Of a DNA stretch of 64,000 nucleotides, positions 35,922 to 45,610 are shown one piece after another (the first letter of the stretch is position 1; every line of letters begins with the position of its first letter). Below the pieces are notes generated by a model. That model ran no database searches. It saw nothing but the letters and a program-made list of their open reading frames with translations, and was not told where the DNA came from. The stretch is taken from positions 5,463-69,462 of the forward strand of contig JAISKJ010000001.1 of the NCBI GenBank assembly GCA_031260975.1, written 5' to 3'. Both the position numbers and the translations under genes were made by a program. The DNA comes from Christensenellaceae bacterium. Lineage in GTDB: Bacteria > Bacillota > Clostridia > Christensenellales > UBA1242.

Positions 35922-37430
35922 TTAAGGAACATATATCGCAACAAATTTGCCGTCGGGGAGGAAGTTCTCTATATATTCCACGCCGCTGAGCGTGCCGCCA
36001 AGGCCGCCATGCGAAAGTATATCGGTGTAACCCGCATTGGTAAGTTTTATTTCAAAACTCACGCTGTGCCCAATGGTGCTTGCCAAGTCAGTATAATACT
36101 CTATCAGTTTATTCAGCTGCACTACGCTACCCACCAAATGACTTACGTCCTCACTGTTGTGATTTACGGTCAGCTTCTCAAAATAATTATAATCAGTCAC
36201 ATTGTTGCTGCCCACTACAAATTCAGACGTGTGGCTCGGAAGGTTGTCGTCTACCAAGAAGTATGACCTGCTTGCGTATTCATACAAGGTGCTTGTGCCG
36301 CTGTCATACCAATAAGCCATTCCCCAAGTAGTATCAACCCAATGATATTCGCCATCCAGACCGATTTCGTTCCATGCGTGCTTGCCCTGAGCACCGGGAT
36401 TGCCGGCCATACCGTTGACCTTAGTTGAGTATATACCTTCAATTCTGCACATAAGCGCAAAAGCCTTACTAAGCCCGTCACACACCGCAACCTGGTCATC
36501 TAAATCATAAAGTACGCCTTCAAGATGAAATACGCCAAAGTTGCCAAAGGAGTATACGCTGTCATCGCTTATCTCATCCATATAATCAAACAATACATGG
36601 TCATAGGTCACATTCTGAACAATATAGTTGTATATATTAAGCGCCTTCTCATAGTCGGTGAGAGCATCGCTGTTGTTGATTTGTCCAAGAATTGTCCGCG
36701 CGTTTTGATATACTGTATACGCCACGCTGGTGGTATTTGTAAATATGGGTTTTGCGCCGTATTGTGCCGCCATAAACAATTGTGTGGTGTTGTAAACCTC
36801 CACCTCAGTCTCTACGTCATCAATCGGGAAAGTTCTTGTATCGGGAGTGCCCTGAATATACTCCATATCAAAGTCATGATCTTTTGTGGGCTGAGAGTGC
36901 GTGGTTCTAAACTGCATAAGGGTGGGCTTGCCACCTGTGCTTATGTGAGAAACATCTGAAGCAGTAGCGTTTGCCGTGCTCAGCGTAAAATCATTATTGA
37001 GATAATATGTGAAGTTTTGAAGCTGCCAAACCTGTCCGCCGGCGTTTTTGACAACTCTTGTATAAATCTTGCCCGCCTGAGACCCTGAGGTATAAAACAG
37101 CACATTCAGTCCGTCATATTCAGGATAAGTGTTTTGATCGTTGTTTGGGTCGTATATAAACTTGCCCACTTGAGTGTTTAGGTCACCAGCCGAATAGTTA
37201 AGATAAAACTTAACATTATTTTTCCGGTAAAGAATGGTGTGCCATACAAGCATCTTAAGCTCTTCGTTGTTATCTATAACATAATCATAAGTCTGCCCGT
37301 TCATATAAAAAGTTTCGGCCTGATATACCTCGGGGCCTTCTCCGTCAAACCAACTGCAGCCTCCAAAGACAAATCCGGACATTAAAACAACCGCAATCAA
37401 CGCAAACATTCCGTTTCTGATTTTTTTCAT
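35922..37430 (-). CDS. lipoprotein with a transglutaminase-like (Cys-His-Asp) core; paralog of the C-terminal module of 38098..45348
   Basis: Lipobox FVFGGC. Core VAVCDGLSKAFALMCRIEGIYSTKVNG...KHAWNEIG...WVDTTWG. Confidence 0.85.
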   Translation of the reverse strand: MKKIRNGMFALIAVVLMSGFVFGGCSWFDGEGPEVYQAETFYMNGQTYDYVIDNNEELKMLVWHTILYRKNNVKFYLNYSAGDLNTQVGKFIYDPNNDQNTYPEYDGLNVLFYTSGSQAGKIYTRVVKNAGGQVWQLQNFTYYLNNDFTLSTANATASDVSHISTGGKPTLMQFRTTHSQPTKDHDFDMEYIQGTPDTRTFPIDDVETEVEVYNTTQLFMAAQYGAKPIFTNTTSVAYTVYQNARTILGQINNSDALTDYEKALNIYNYIVQNVTYDHVLFDYMDEISDDSVYSFGNFGVFHLEGVLYDLDDQVAVCDGLSKAFALMCRIEGIYSTKVNGMAGNPGAQGKHAWNEIGLDGEYHWVDTTWGMAYWYDSGTSTLYEYASRSYFLVDDNLPSHTSEFVVGSNNVTDYNYFEKLTVNHNSEDVSHLVGSVVQLNKLIEYYTDLASTIGHSVSFEIKLTNAGYTDILSHGGLGGTLSGVEYIENFLPDGKFVAIYVP

Positions 37431-37654
37431 ACTATCTCCTCTATCTTTTATGTTTAAAAACAAAAAATAATAACTGTAAATATTATATTTCTAGTATACC
37501 CACAATTCCACATAAAAACAAGTAAATTTACAAAAATCCTAAACAAATCTTGCCGGCCGTCTATTTTCTATTTTAAGGGGTTGTGCATTTATTCTCTCGA
37601 CGGCAAGTGTCTGATTAGCATTTTTTTTTGTAGTGCTGCGTATGCACCACCATT

Positions 37655-37684
37655 AAATAAAAACAGGGCATATGCCCCGCTTTT
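37655..37684 (-). terminator. rho-independent terminator after 37685..38086
   Basis: GCGGGGCATATGCCCTG, then TTTTT on the minus strand. Confidence 0.7.
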
Positions 37685-38086
37685 TTATCTGAGTATAACC
37701 GATTCGTTTTCAGCAACAACTATGTCACCTTCGGCAAACACAACTCCGCTGTCGTGTTCATGATTTCGGCTTACGGCATTTACCTTAAGCGTTATCTTTT
37801 TCTTGGTTGACTGTGGCGACAGTATTGTATACCTGCCGGGCTTGACGGGTCCATCTTTGTTTACGTGATAAGGCTCATCGGCAGCGAGAATAATATCTCC
37901 TTCAACAAACGAAGCATTTACTCCGCCTTCTTTGTTATATATATTATCCTTAATAGTATACCTAACACCCTTCTTTTCTTTGGTGACAGGCTTACTTCTG
38001 CTATTTATTACCTTTGTCACAAGCCACAATATTATTATAAGCTCCAAGACACTTGTAATCAGCAAAACAACTTCTAAAGCACTCAT
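37685..38086 (-). CDS. small N-terminally anchored protein
   Basis: 133 aa with one TM. It lies 11 nt downstream of the giant gene. Confidence 0.6.
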   Translation of the reverse strand: MSALEVVLLITSVLELIIILWLVTKVINSRSKPVTKEKKGVRYTIKDNIYNKEGGVNASFVEGDIILAADEPYHVNKDGPVKPGRYTILSPQSTKKKITLKVNAVSRNHEHDSGVVFAEGDIVVAENESVILR

Positions 38087-38097
38087 ATTTTTTCTCC

Positions 38098-41000
38098 TTA
38101 ATGGCTGAATTCTATATATGTTATACGTTTGTTAACATCGTTCAGAGTATGCATAAAGCGGCTTGCAATAAGCCCCGAAACATTAGAGAACAAACTTGAA
38201 TCAAATGTAACCGCTGAGCTTAGGCGTATTTCTATGCCGCTGATTAAGTTAAAGTTTGGAAGCGCTGCATAAGCATTAATCAATGCAGTAAGCTCAACCT
38301 TGCTTTCAATATAGTGATCAAGCCCCACCTGCCCTGTATAGTTTGCATAATAGTTGTGACTTATCGTGGTATTGTTTCCTATCTTATATGTTGCAGTGTG
38401 CAGCGTCATTTCGGTATCGTTAGATAAGAAGTATGCGTGATTTGCAATTGCAGTACTGCCTCCGTTGTCTCTGATAACACCCCATGTTGCATCCACCCAA
38501 TAATAGTTGCCGCCTATCCCAACTTCATTCCATGCATGATTGCCACCGCTTGCTGTTCCGTTTACCTTGGTGGCGTATATACCTTCAATACGGCAAAGTA
38601 GCACAAACGCCTTGGCAATTCCGTCACAAACCGCAATCTGACTGTCTAGGTCAAGGAATATACTTTCAAGATAAAACACACTGAAGTTTCCCCATGAACT
38701 AACTGTGAAGTTTCCTATGCTCTGCATAAAGCCATACAGCACAATGTCATAACTCACTCTGTTGACCAAATATCTATATATATTAAGCGTCTTTTCATAA
38801 TCAGTCAGACTGTTACTGTTGTTAATCTGTTCAAGTACAATCCTTGCGTTCTGGTATACAGCTTCGGCAACGCTCCCCGCCTCAATATTTGGTCTTGTGC
38901 CATACTGCACTGCCATAAATAGTTGCTCGGTGTTATAAACCGGCAACACAGGAGTTACGCTGTCAATTGCAAAGACTCTGCTGGTGGGCAATGCCGTCTC
39001 ATAGCCCGCATTAAACGTTGTTACTTTAGTAGCCTGAAAGTGTGTGTCTTTCCATGCATCCAACCCGCTATACCAAGCAGGTTTGGGGCTTATCCCCAAA
39101 TAATAATCTTCAATCCCCGCCGTAGTAATTATCCTGTCTTTGTCAAGATAATATACAAATCCGGTTACTATATATACCCGGCTTATGCCTGTAGTGTTAA
39201 CTGTAAGTGAATAAGTCAGTCCGTCATACTCGGGATAGCTGCTTCTGAAAATGTTTACTATTGTGTTATTGAGCGTGCCGCCCGACCATGGGTTTGCAAG
39301 ATAAAATCTCAGTGTTGTCTTTTGATATAAAATAGCATGGTGAATAAGCAGTTCAAGTTCTTGTTCATCTTCTATATAATAGTCTTTAATCTCACCATTC
39401 ATAACATACTTGGCCCGCACAAAATGCTGAACGTCGGTCATAGAAAACATATAAATCTCAGTCTGGTCAAAAATCTTATCAAGTTCTGTGTGATGTCCGC
39501 CTATGTCAAGTGCGTCATTATAAACAATAACCCTCACTTGATAGGTGCCGTCGGCCCACAAATACTGTGTCAAATCCAAACTTGTTTTGGGGCCGTTATA
39601 AACTTCTATACCGTCCACAAATACCGCCATGCCCGTGCTCGTCCCCGTTTGAATTTCCATAAAATCAGTGGTGGTGCTGTCAATATTCTGCACACTCATA
39701 TAAACCGGCGGGTCATAGAAATTTGAACTCAAAACTATTGTTACATTAAGCGTATAAGTTTCTATAAAAATTTCATCAACTCCGTCGCCGTCAAGGTCAT
39801 AAGAGATAAATACCGTCATCAGCACCAGCGCTATTGTATAGTCTGACCCCGAAAAAGCCGTTTGAAGAGCAACTAGGTTTGTAACAGTTAGAGTGTATGT
39901 GTCGTCACTGTCGTCATAGGGTGTGCTGTTGTCGTTGTGAACAATTGACACATTGCTCAAAATCGCAGAGGTATTATTTATTGGGTCAAGCTCAAACGTA
40001 ACATGCTGAATGTCGTTGTCAGTGGTTCCATCATTGTCAAAGTCTACACTCGGGTCATGGTCACCCGTAGAATCTAGATATATCGCATATCTGTTTTGCT
40101 GAGACTGAAGATAGGAATTTATGTCATTTAACACAACCTGCAACAAGTCCGGCCCGTTGCTTTGAACTCCAAGATTATTCTCAAGAATAAACTCAATGGG
40201 CGCAAACGTAATAGTCTTGGTTATATCAGCAGCTCCGCCGCCCGTAAAGTATATAGTCATATTAACGTCAACACTGAACGAAACAGTCATTTCATAAGCT
40301 TTTAACTGAATTATGTTGTTAACAACTCTATGCTGCACTCTGTCAGCATCAACTCCCGTTATGCTGTTTACAACAACACCAACAACTGTCTGACCGTGCT
40401 TGCCATTAAAGCTATCCAGACTATACCATGTGTTGTCGCTTGGCAGTGTAACACTTGCGCTTTGGTTAATCGTCACGTCCCCGCTGCCCCAAACCGAATT
40501 CAAAACAACTTTCATTTCTATAGTATAAGTTATCACATACTTTACCTCAGCCGCGTCATAAACCGGAACATGAATAAGCACCGGCAAAATAATGTAGTTT
40601 ACGTTGGGATTTGCCAACAGAATTGAGGCATAGTTTATAGCAAGCGTATAGTTGTCTCCGCTCAAATTAATTTGAGCGTCGCCCGGACCAAGGTTGGTGC
40701 CCGTTCGGTCAACCTCAAACGGGTTAGTTCCGCTAAGGTCAGCATACAAAATTGCCTTTTCAATATAATCAGCAAGCAAATCGTCATGGCCCAAAGTGTC
40801 AAATCCGTAGGTCTGGGTTATGATGAGGGGGTTAAGCAATCTTGTTTGGTCTCCAAGCCCCATCTCATCGTCTAAAAACCAAAAGGTATCAAGATTTGGC
40901 TCAACGGTTATAACTTTGGTAATTATTACTTCAGCCCCGTCAACAAAGTGAAGAGTTACAACAAGCGTCACTTGATATTCTTCAGTAGCTTCAAAGCCTC

Positions 41001-44000
41001 TCACCTTCAAAATGTTGCCGGTTGTAGTATAATCCACCCTACCGGCATAAGTGCCCTGTTTTGATACGTTTATATAACTAAGCCTTGCGCTCTGTCCGTG
41101 AAGGTCAATATCAAGCGTATTATAAACTCCGTCGCCCGTAATTGCTATGTCAGAGTTACTCAAAAGAGTTATATCTTGTTCACTCCACAGGTTATTTAAA
41201 ACTATGACGCATGGCAAGCTGACTTCTTTTGCGCTCAGCACGGCCCCGCCGCCAAGGTTAACTTCTGCAATAACAGTCCTGACATAAATCTTTATCTCGT
41301 TAGTTCCCGTAAAGTTGTTTATCAAAAGCATAGGGTCACCGCTGTTATATACGATTTTAACAAGCCCCACAAAACCTGCATCAACAAGGCCTTGCAGGTT
41401 ATTAAACCCTGCACTAATGAGATTTTGTGCACTGACAGATAAGGCAGCAACAACGCCTGCATCAACAAGATTCTGTGCACCAATAACTCCGATATCAAAA
41501 AGGGTCTGCACATTTATGAGAGTTTGCAGATTTATGCTGCCGGCAATAAGGAAGCCTTCGTCAATAAGGCGCTGCTGAGTGGTAAGCCCCTTATTAATAA
41601 GAGTTTGCGCCGTAACAGTTGTAGAACTGATAACGCCCTTATTAACAAGACTTAGCGCATTAATAATTCCGACATCTATAAGCTCCTGCACATCTATAAG
41701 CTGCTGTATATCAATAAGCCCTGCAGCAGTAAGACTTCCTGCGTCAAGCTGATAGGTAATCTCGCTAGGACTAACACCGGTAAGTCCGTTAAACATTTCA
41801 AATACTGTATTAAGGTCAATTCCGCCAAGGTCGGGCGCGTCAATCACGGCCTTGCCGGTAAATACTCCGTCCGCTTCATGCTGATAAGCCCCATCTATGT
41901 CAAGGCTGAAAGGTGTTGTAAAGAGTATATTGTGATAAGCAATACTGAAGCTGCTGAGCCCTATTTTTAATCCCACAACCACAGTTGTGTTAGATGGGAT
42001 ATCCTGCAGAACTTCTATCATAAGATTTCCATCCAGCGCAAACACTCCGCCACCTGATATGCTTAAGTTGATAAGTCTGCTGAGTGTTACGTTGCTATAC
42101 CCGCCCTGAACAACATTGTTCATCATAACAGGTGTGCCATTGGCGGCTGTAATATTAAAGTTTATTCGGTTAAACAGGTTCACCACAGCGCTTTCTGACC
42201 CGACATATTCTGTTGCTGTATCTGTTTCAGAAGCGGTTATCTCAAAGCCGTAAACCGTGAAAGTATATGAAGCCACAGCCTCAGTGTAAACCTGCCATGA
42301 ATAAGTAGTTGTTCCGGTATACACAAATCGTCCGTTTCCGCTGGCGGGCCTCACAGTAACAACAATTTCATATCCGTTTACGTTATAAGGAACATTGCCT
42401 ATCACCAGAATATATCTGCTGCCGTCAAAAATCACATTAGCTATCGAGGTATCAACATTCAGTTCAAATATCGGGGTCATACCATCCACAACGCTTCCGC
42501 CAAGCTCGCTATAAAACCTGTGTTCAAGAGCCGTTAGGTCCACAACAGTTCCATTGAATGTTGTGGGTAAGCCTTCAACCGCTAAATTCCACACAATGCT
42601 GCCGCCTGAGTTCATATTGGCAGCCCAAATGCTCTTTGAACTGCTGCCCTCAGACACACTGCCGTTATAAAAGTCCAGCACCGCTGCTTTTATAACTCTA
42701 TCCTCAACGGTCATAAAATAATCTTTAATAGCTGTATATTCACTTCCATACTGAGCACCTACTGCAATTTTAAATATCGCCGGAACAGAAGTTGTAGTGT
42801 TACCGTTGTTATATTCAATGGTGTCAATATCTCCTATATCAATTTTATAGCTATATCCTATCAGAGTACCCGTGGCAGGATTTCCGTTGTCATAAACCTC
42901 TGTCCAGCTGTTAATGTCAAGGCTTAACTTGCCGCCGTTTTGCAAAATTCCATAAGCCGAACTATAGCTTACGTTCAGGCTCATAAAACCCGTTCCAACC
43001 ATTTGTGTCAAAAGACCAATCGGAGTACTTGTATTTTCAACCGACAGCACCAGATAATATGTTTCACTCTCAGCTACCGTAAGAGGCAGATATACCGTAG
43101 GATCTCCTGCGCCGCTGTCAATCTGATCAAGCTTGACACCTGCTCCGTCGGTCAAATAAATATTAAGCTGATCAATCTTGTTAGTCACCACTACACTCGT
43201 TTCGGCTGACTTATATTGAATATAATCACCGTTTATGTCTCTTATGTTGGCACCCTGTCTGGTTGTTGCCACAATCACAGCATAAACCCTAAACTCACCG
43301 TAACCCTTTGCACTGAAAGTAGCATCGGTAGCATCAATCAGTCCTGTTGAGCTGTTAAACTGTTCGTTTGGAACATACAGCGTAATCCATCTGTTGGTGT
43401 TTACAAAGTCTTTATCCTTAACCTTAAGGTAGGGGTAAGTATTATATACTATTGATGGTGCAACACCGACGCCCTCATAGAACTTAACGTTGCGCATAAT
43501 TTCGGGGTTACCCAAAACATGGTTAACGCTGTCGGCAACTGAAGACTGTCCGCCCGAAGTGGTTATGGTAATGTCATTGCCATATTGTGCCTTAACCCAA
43601 TCGGTAAGGTTGCTTGCACTGTCAGCCCATGTAAATGTAATACTTACATTGCTGGGGTTGGTCAGCCCCTCACACACTGCCCTAATACGTCCGCTCGCCC
43701 CTACCAGCGCACTCGTTCCGATTACGCCGCCGGTTGTGTTGTCAGTGTTAATATAATGCCACGAAACATTAGCAAAGCCAACACCGCCCTGCATAACCTG
43801 AGGGCCGATGCCGTCGGTCTTAACAAAGTCAAACGTAGTTTTATATGTCCCTGCAGCTGACGGAATATAGTCAATGTCAGCCGGATTTAGATAGAACATA
43901 AGATTTGAGAATGTAATAATTCCGCTGCCGTCATCCTGAATAGTTACATACTTCTGACCGGCCTGAGAGCCACCCAACGACAGCTGCTCGGGGTTTTGGG

Positions 44001-45348
44001 TTATATCCTTGCTGCCGTCAATCACAAAGTTATTCATGCCCTTATAGTTTATATTCACTATGTCTATGCCCGGCAGTCTGGGTTTTATGTTCACAGTTAT
44101 AGTCTTTTCAATAAGCGTCCCTTCAAAGGTAGTAAAGCTTGCCTTAAGCGTCACGTTAAGTCCAACGGGGCTCAGCATAGCCGCATCAAAATTAATCGGT
44201 TCCACACGCCACTTGGTGCCTGTCCCCGAGGTGCCCGCAACTTTGGTTATGTTAAGATATGTGGTATCCTGCTCGGTGATTGTCACTCCGCCCAAAAACT
44301 TATCTAGCACACTTGCGTCATAGTTGTTGTCAACAGGAATGAGCCTGAGACCAAAGTTTGGCAAAGAGTTGTCGGAGATATAAGCCAGAAAATCCGTTTC
44401 TTCATAAAGGTAAAGCGGCAAAACACTGCCTGTTGCTTCAAGGTCGTCAACTCTCACATCCTGAACCGCAAATTCTTCGATGGAAGTCATTACAAAAAGG
44501 TCAGTTGAACGCTCTCTTAAAAGACCAAAAATATCAGCATTTGAATAAGTGCTGTAATAATCGTTATCCTTAAAGTTTTTAAACATACAGGCCTGAACAT
44601 AAAAATATCTCTGTTCATCGCGCACCTGCAAAACTGTATTGCTTGTCACCTGCGTGCTGTTTATGGCATTTATCCAAGGTTGGCCGTTGATGCTAAACCC
44701 TGCCACATTGCTACCTGTGTTAAGAAGCATGCTTCCTGCGTTGTCTTCAAGCAAAAAATAGTATATCGTTTTGTTTCGGTCAAAGGGACTAACTCCTACA
44801 TCTAAATGACCGGGGTTTCGCGCGTTTGACGGAAGCACTTCAATGCGACTGTTAAAAAAGCCGTCAAAATTCACCCATGAGTTGAGAGAAAAGATATTGT
44901 TGTCAAAATCATCAAACCCTAACTCATTGGCAGTAGTGTCCACATAAATTACCAATTCCTGAGATTGCACAAGCTGATTCTCGGTATAGGCCGTAATTCG
45001 GGCCACTCCGCCGTGGTTATTCCCGTTTTGGTCTTTGGTTGCAAAAACCTGAAAGTGCCTGCCAACTTCCGCCGTAGGCGGCACCTGCAAAACCTCAGGC
45101 TTGTCTACCCTGAGCATAATTTTGGTTTCAGTCACATCCGCCGTAGTTGTAATAACAAGCAAGTCAAACCCGCCTGTTATGATTGTGCCGCTGCTTGTCG
45201 TAAAACTCAAATCGTGCGGAGCTACAACCGGTTTATTGTTGCCAAACAACAACACTCCGCCAAAAATCAAGGCAAACGCACCTACAACGCAAGCAGCCAC
45301 AATTCCCACAACCTTAAGAACTTTTTTGGCGCTTAATTTTACTGCCAT
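38098..45348 (-). CDS. giant (about 2416 aa) membrane-anchored surface protein with a C-terminal transglutaminase-like module
   Basis: Uninterrupted 7.3-kb ORF with AAAGGAGGAG before ATG 45348. N-terminal TM VVGIVAACVVGAFALIFGGVLLF. C-terminal IAVCDGIAKAFVLLCRIEGIYATKVNG...NHAWNEVG...WVDATWG. Confidence 0.9.
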   Translation of the reverse strand: MAVKLSAKKVLKVVGIVAACVVGAFALIFGGVLLFGNNKPVVAPHDLSFTTSSGTIITGGFDLLVITTTADVTETKIMLRVDKPEVLQVPPTAEVGRHFQVFATKDQNGNNHGGVARITAYTENQLVQSQELVIYVDTTANELGFDDFDNNIFSLNSWVNFDGFFNSRIEVLPSNARNPGHLDVGVSPFDRNKTIYYFLLEDNAGSMLLNTGSNVAGFSINGQPWINAINSTQVTSNTVLQVRDEQRYFYVQACMFKNFKDNDYYSTYSNADIFGLLRERSTDLFVMTSIEEFAVQDVRVDDLEATGSVLPLYLYEETDFLAYISDNSLPNFGLRLIPVDNNYDASVLDKFLGGVTITEQDTTYLNITKVAGTSGTGTKWRVEPINFDAAMLSPVGLNVTLKASFTTFEGTLIEKTITVNIKPRLPGIDIVNINYKGMNNFVIDGSKDITQNPEQLSLGGSQAGQKYVTIQDDGSGIITFSNLMFYLNPADIDYIPSAAGTYKTTFDFVKTDGIGPQVMQGGVGFANVSWHYINTDNTTGGVIGTSALVGASGRIRAVCEGLTNPSNVSITFTWADSASNLTDWVKAQYGNDITITTSGGQSSVADSVNHVLGNPEIMRNVKFYEGVGVAPSIVYNTYPYLKVKDKDFVNTNRWITLYVPNEQFNSSTGLIDATDATFSAKGYGEFRVYAVIVATTRQGANIRDINGDYIQYKSAETSVVVTNKIDQLNIYLTDGAGVKLDQIDSGAGDPTVYLPLTVAESETYYLVLSVENTSTPIGLLTQMVGTGFMSLNVSYSSAYGILQNGGKLSLDINSWTEVYDNGNPATGTLIGYSYKIDIGDIDTIEYNNGNTTTSVPAIFKIAVGAQYGSEYTAIKDYFMTVEDRVIKAAVLDFYNGSVSEGSSSKSIWAANMNSGGSIVWNLAVEGLPTTFNGTVVDLTALEHRFYSELGGSVVDGMTPIFELNVDTSIANVIFDGSRYILVIGNVPYNVNGYEIVVTVRPASGNGRFVYTGTTTYSWQVYTEAVASYTFTVYGFEITASETDTATEYVGSESAVVNLFNRINFNITAANGTPVMMNNVVQGGYSNVTLSRLINLSISGGGVFALDGNLMIEVLQDIPSNTTVVVGLKIGLSSFSIAYHNILFTTPFSLDIDGAYQHEADGVFTGKAVIDAPDLGGIDLNTVFEMFNGLTGVSPSEITYQLDAGSLTAAGLIDIQQLIDVQELIDVGIINALSLVNKGVISSTTVTAQTLINKGLTTQQRLIDEGFLIAGSINLQTLINVQTLFDIGVIGAQNLVDAGVVAALSVSAQNLISAGFNNLQGLVDAGFVGLVKIVYNSGDPMLLINNFTGTNEIKIYVRTVIAEVNLGGGAVLSAKEVSLPCVIVLNNLWSEQDITLLSNSDIAITGDGVYNTLDIDLHGQSARLSYINVSKQGTYAGRVDYTTTGNILKVRGFEATEEYQVTLVVTLHFVDGAEVIITKVITVEPNLDTFWFLDDEMGLGDQTRLLNPLIITQTYGFDTLGHDDLLADYIEKAILYADLSGTNPFEVDRTGTNLGPGDAQINLSGDNYTLAINYASILLANPNVNYIILPVLIHVPVYDAAEVKYVITYTIEMKVVLNSVWGSGDVTINQSASVTLPSDNTWYSLDSFNGKHGQTVVGVVVNSITGVDADRVQHRVVNNIIQLKAYEMTVSFSVDVNMTIYFTGGGAADITKTITFAPIEFILENNLGVQSNGPDLLQVVLNDINSYLQSQQNRYAIYLDSTGDHDPSVDFDNDGTTDNDIQHVTFELDPINNTSAILSNVSIVHNDNSTPYDDSDDTYTLTVTNLVALQTAFSGSDYTIALVLMTVFISYDLDGDGVDEIFIETYTLNVTIVLSSNFYDPPVYMSVQNIDSTTTDFMEIQTGTSTGMAVFVDGIEVYNGPKTSLDLTQYLWADGTYQVRVIVYNDALDIGGHHTELDKIFDQTEIYMFSMTDVQHFVRAKYVMNGEIKDYYIEDEQELELLIHHAILYQKTTLRFYLANPWSGGTLNNTIVNIFRSSYPEYDGLTYSLTVNTTGISRVYIVTGFVYYLDKDRIITTAGIEDYYLGISPKPAWYSGLDAWKDTHFQATKVTTFNAGYETALPTSRVFAIDSVTPVLPVYNTEQLFMAVQYGTRPNIEAGSVAEAVYQNARIVLEQINNSNSLTDYEKTLNIYRYLVNRVSYDIVLYGFMQSIGNFTVSSWGNFSVFYLESIFLDLDSQIAVCDGIAKAFVLLCRIEGIYATKVNGTASGGNHAWNEVGIGGNYYWVDATWGVIRDNGGSTAIANHAYFLSNDTEMTLHTATYKIGNNTTISHNYYANYTGQVGLDHYIESKVELTALINAYAALPNFNLISGIEIRLSSAVTFDSSLFSNVSGLIASRFMHTLNDVNKRITYIEFSH

Positions 45349-45430
45349 AACTCCTCCTTTGTGTAGTATGAGCAAGTTGCCTACCCGTTATTATAAAACG
45401 ATAAAATGCCATATAACTATATACAATATA

Positions 45431-45460
45431 ATTATATATAATATAGTGCCTGCAAGTCAA
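45431..45460 (-). promoter_or_regulatory. sigma-A promoter of the giant gene
   Basis: On the minus strand: TTGACT (45455-60), 18 nt, TATAAT (45431-36). Confidence 0.5.
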
Positions 45461-45471
45461 ATTAAAAAGGC

Positions 45472-45503
45472 AATAAAAAGACGGCCATCACCGTCTTTTT
45501 TTC
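45472..45503 (-). terminator. terminator after 45611..46861
   Basis: GACGG-tgatggc-CGTC flanked by A- and T-runs. Confidence 0.65.
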
Positions 45504-45610
45504 TATATATATGCAAGCAACTGAAGCCCCGTTTTCTTCTTATTAACAGGGGGCTGGTATATATGTCTCTGAACTATACTACAGGCAGCAAACTGTCATA
45601 CTAAAATATT

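Noticed and set aside
35670-36266. 198-aa plus-strand ORF spanning the kinase/transglutaminase intergenic gap.
   Set aside because: It overlaps two well-supported minus-strand genes and has no RBS. Its composition is low-complexity.
35922-39700. The two transglutaminase modules as a template/variable repeat pair of a diversity-generating retroelement.
   Set aside because: There is no reverse transcriptase in the window. The differences are spread over the whole ~480 aa at ~55-60 percent divergence rather than concentrated at adenine-coded positions in a short VR.
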